Of a stretch of DNA of 64,000 nucleotides, positions 63,255-64,000 are shown piece after piece (position 1 is the stretch's first letter; each line of letters opens with the position of its first letter). A program made the translations under genes and the position numbers. This DNA comes from Bacteroidota bacterium (GTDB lineage: Bacteria; Bacteroidota; Bacteroidia; Chitinophagales; LD1): contig CANJZE010000008.1 of NCBI GenBank assembly GCA_947479455.1, positions 66,798 to 130,797 on the forward strand, in the 5' to 3' direction. The notes under the pieces are model-generated. The model saw only the letters and a program-made list of their open reading frames with translations. It did not search any database and was not told the origin of the DNA.

Positions 63255-63325
63255 TAACCAAAATTTTATATGAAGATAATGAAAGCGGATCTGCCTGCAA
63301 GAAAGTTTGGTTAAATATTGAGTGG

Positions 63326-64000
63326 CTATTTTTTCGGAGCTGAAGTTTTTTTGAAACCGGCAAGAGCACTAACCTCTTCGCCTATTCCAATCATGGAACG
63401 GTAGTTTAAGGGGAACTCTAAAAACACATGAAGCATACTGAGGAAGTAAAGCGCTATCAATCCTGTTTTATAATCATAAGCATACAACGCCACCGAAATA
63501 ATCCAAAGCGCAATAACTGAAATCAACCATTGCTTAGGAACCTGATGCCATTTAATAACCGAAGTTTTTGAAAACCAATTGAGATAATGATAAGTATATG
63601 CAAAAGCAATAAACCGCATAATGCCGAAACCAATATCGCTTACAAAAATATTTTCGCGCGCTGTTGCTCCAAGTTTAAAAACATAAATGAACGATTGATT
63701 TACCATCGTAAATCCACTTGCCGTTAAAGCTTTTTCTGCATAGTCACTCACCTGATAAAAACTGAATTTGGGAAACAACACAAAGAAACTTATAGCGCAT
63801 GAAGCAAAAACCAAAATAGAAACAATGCCGGTAACGCTTTTATTCTTGAGCGCACCAAACAGAATGAACAAACCGGTGAAAAGAAAAACGTGAATCAAGG
63901 TTGGCAGAAAAACCGCGAACAGAAAAAAGAATGGCTGGGTGTTTAAAATCAATCCGCCAACGAAAGCAGCAATCACCACAAACAGAATTTTCGAAAGCAA
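63326..64000 (-). CDS. Polytopic membrane protein of unknown function, 5' end probably beyond the window
   Basis: The product is hydrophobic with multiple helices. The ORF runs to the window edge at 64000, so the listed start is not reliable. Confidence 0.45.
   Translation of the reverse strand: MLSKILFVVIAAFVGGLILNTQPFFFLFAVFLPTLIHVFLFTGLFILFGALKNKSVTGIVSILVFASCAISFFVLFPKFSFYQVSDYAEKALTASGFTMVNQSFIYVFKLGATARENIFVSDIGFGIMRFIAFAYTYHYLNWFSKTSVIKWHQVPKQWLISVIALWIISVALYAYDYKTGLIALYFLSMLHVFLEFPLNYRSMIGIGEEVSALAGFKKTSAPKK

Overview
The window looks like a low-GC Bacteroidota chromosome. Supporting features are a TonB-dependent receptor with a CarboxypepD_reg-like N-terminus, an IPExxxVDY-like gene next to pyk, a mutL-rhomboid-rhomboid-EEP gene order, and a Bacteroidetes-type tyrosine integrase.

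About 1-34 kb is accessory and rich in defence-type genes:
1. A DNA phosphorothioation (dnd/ssp-like) module split into two convergent operons. The + strand carries a DndC/SspD-like PAPS-reductase-fold gene (5' truncated by the window edge), a DUF262 gene and a SIR2 gene. The - strand carries a cysteine desulfurase, a PLD+helicase, a 77-aa gene, a DndD-like SMC ATPase and a 210-aa tail gene.
2. A DUF2779/Cas4-like nuclease.
3. A three-gene operon encoding a PAD/agmatine-deiminase-fold enzyme plus two proteins with DNA-glycosylase-like motifs.
4. The housekeeping gene aat.
5. A stand-alone reverse transcriptase (YCDD) flanked on both sides by ORF-free, structured and repeat-bearing DNA. Its neighbours are a divergent EEP nuclease, a wHTH protein, a PH-like/coiled-coil/TerD fusion, a private paralogous gene family and a sigma54-type AAA+ ATPase.
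6. A glycosyltransferase-radical SAM/SPASM fusion operon.
7. An AbiEi/AbiEii-like pair, a metallophosphoesterase, an XRE repressor, an excisionase-like HTH and a tyrosine integrase, followed by tandem sRNA-like/arm-site repeats.

About 34-64 kb is mostly core genes: a collagen-like/C1q-like surface protein, a fatty-acid hydroxylase, an amidase, Mrr, icmF, pyk, cysS, rhomboids, mutL, an MFP adaptor, a TonB receptor, an LpxH-like gene and a PI-PLC-like gene. This half also has several sequence-level oddities:
- An 80-bp duplication of the icmF 3' end bracketing a decayed HigA-like remnant.
- G5/C5 hairpin elements lying in frame inside icmF.
- Frameshift-prone 7-bp and 14-bp tandem repeats inside mutL.

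No rRNA, tRNA, CRISPR array or transposase was recognised. The best candidates for an undescribed system are the RT locus (15.5-18.2 kb plus neighbours), the DUF262-SIR2 pair attached to the PT module, and the glycosylase-like/PAD operon (11.0-14.1 kb). All family assignments come from motif reading by eye. No database search was run.
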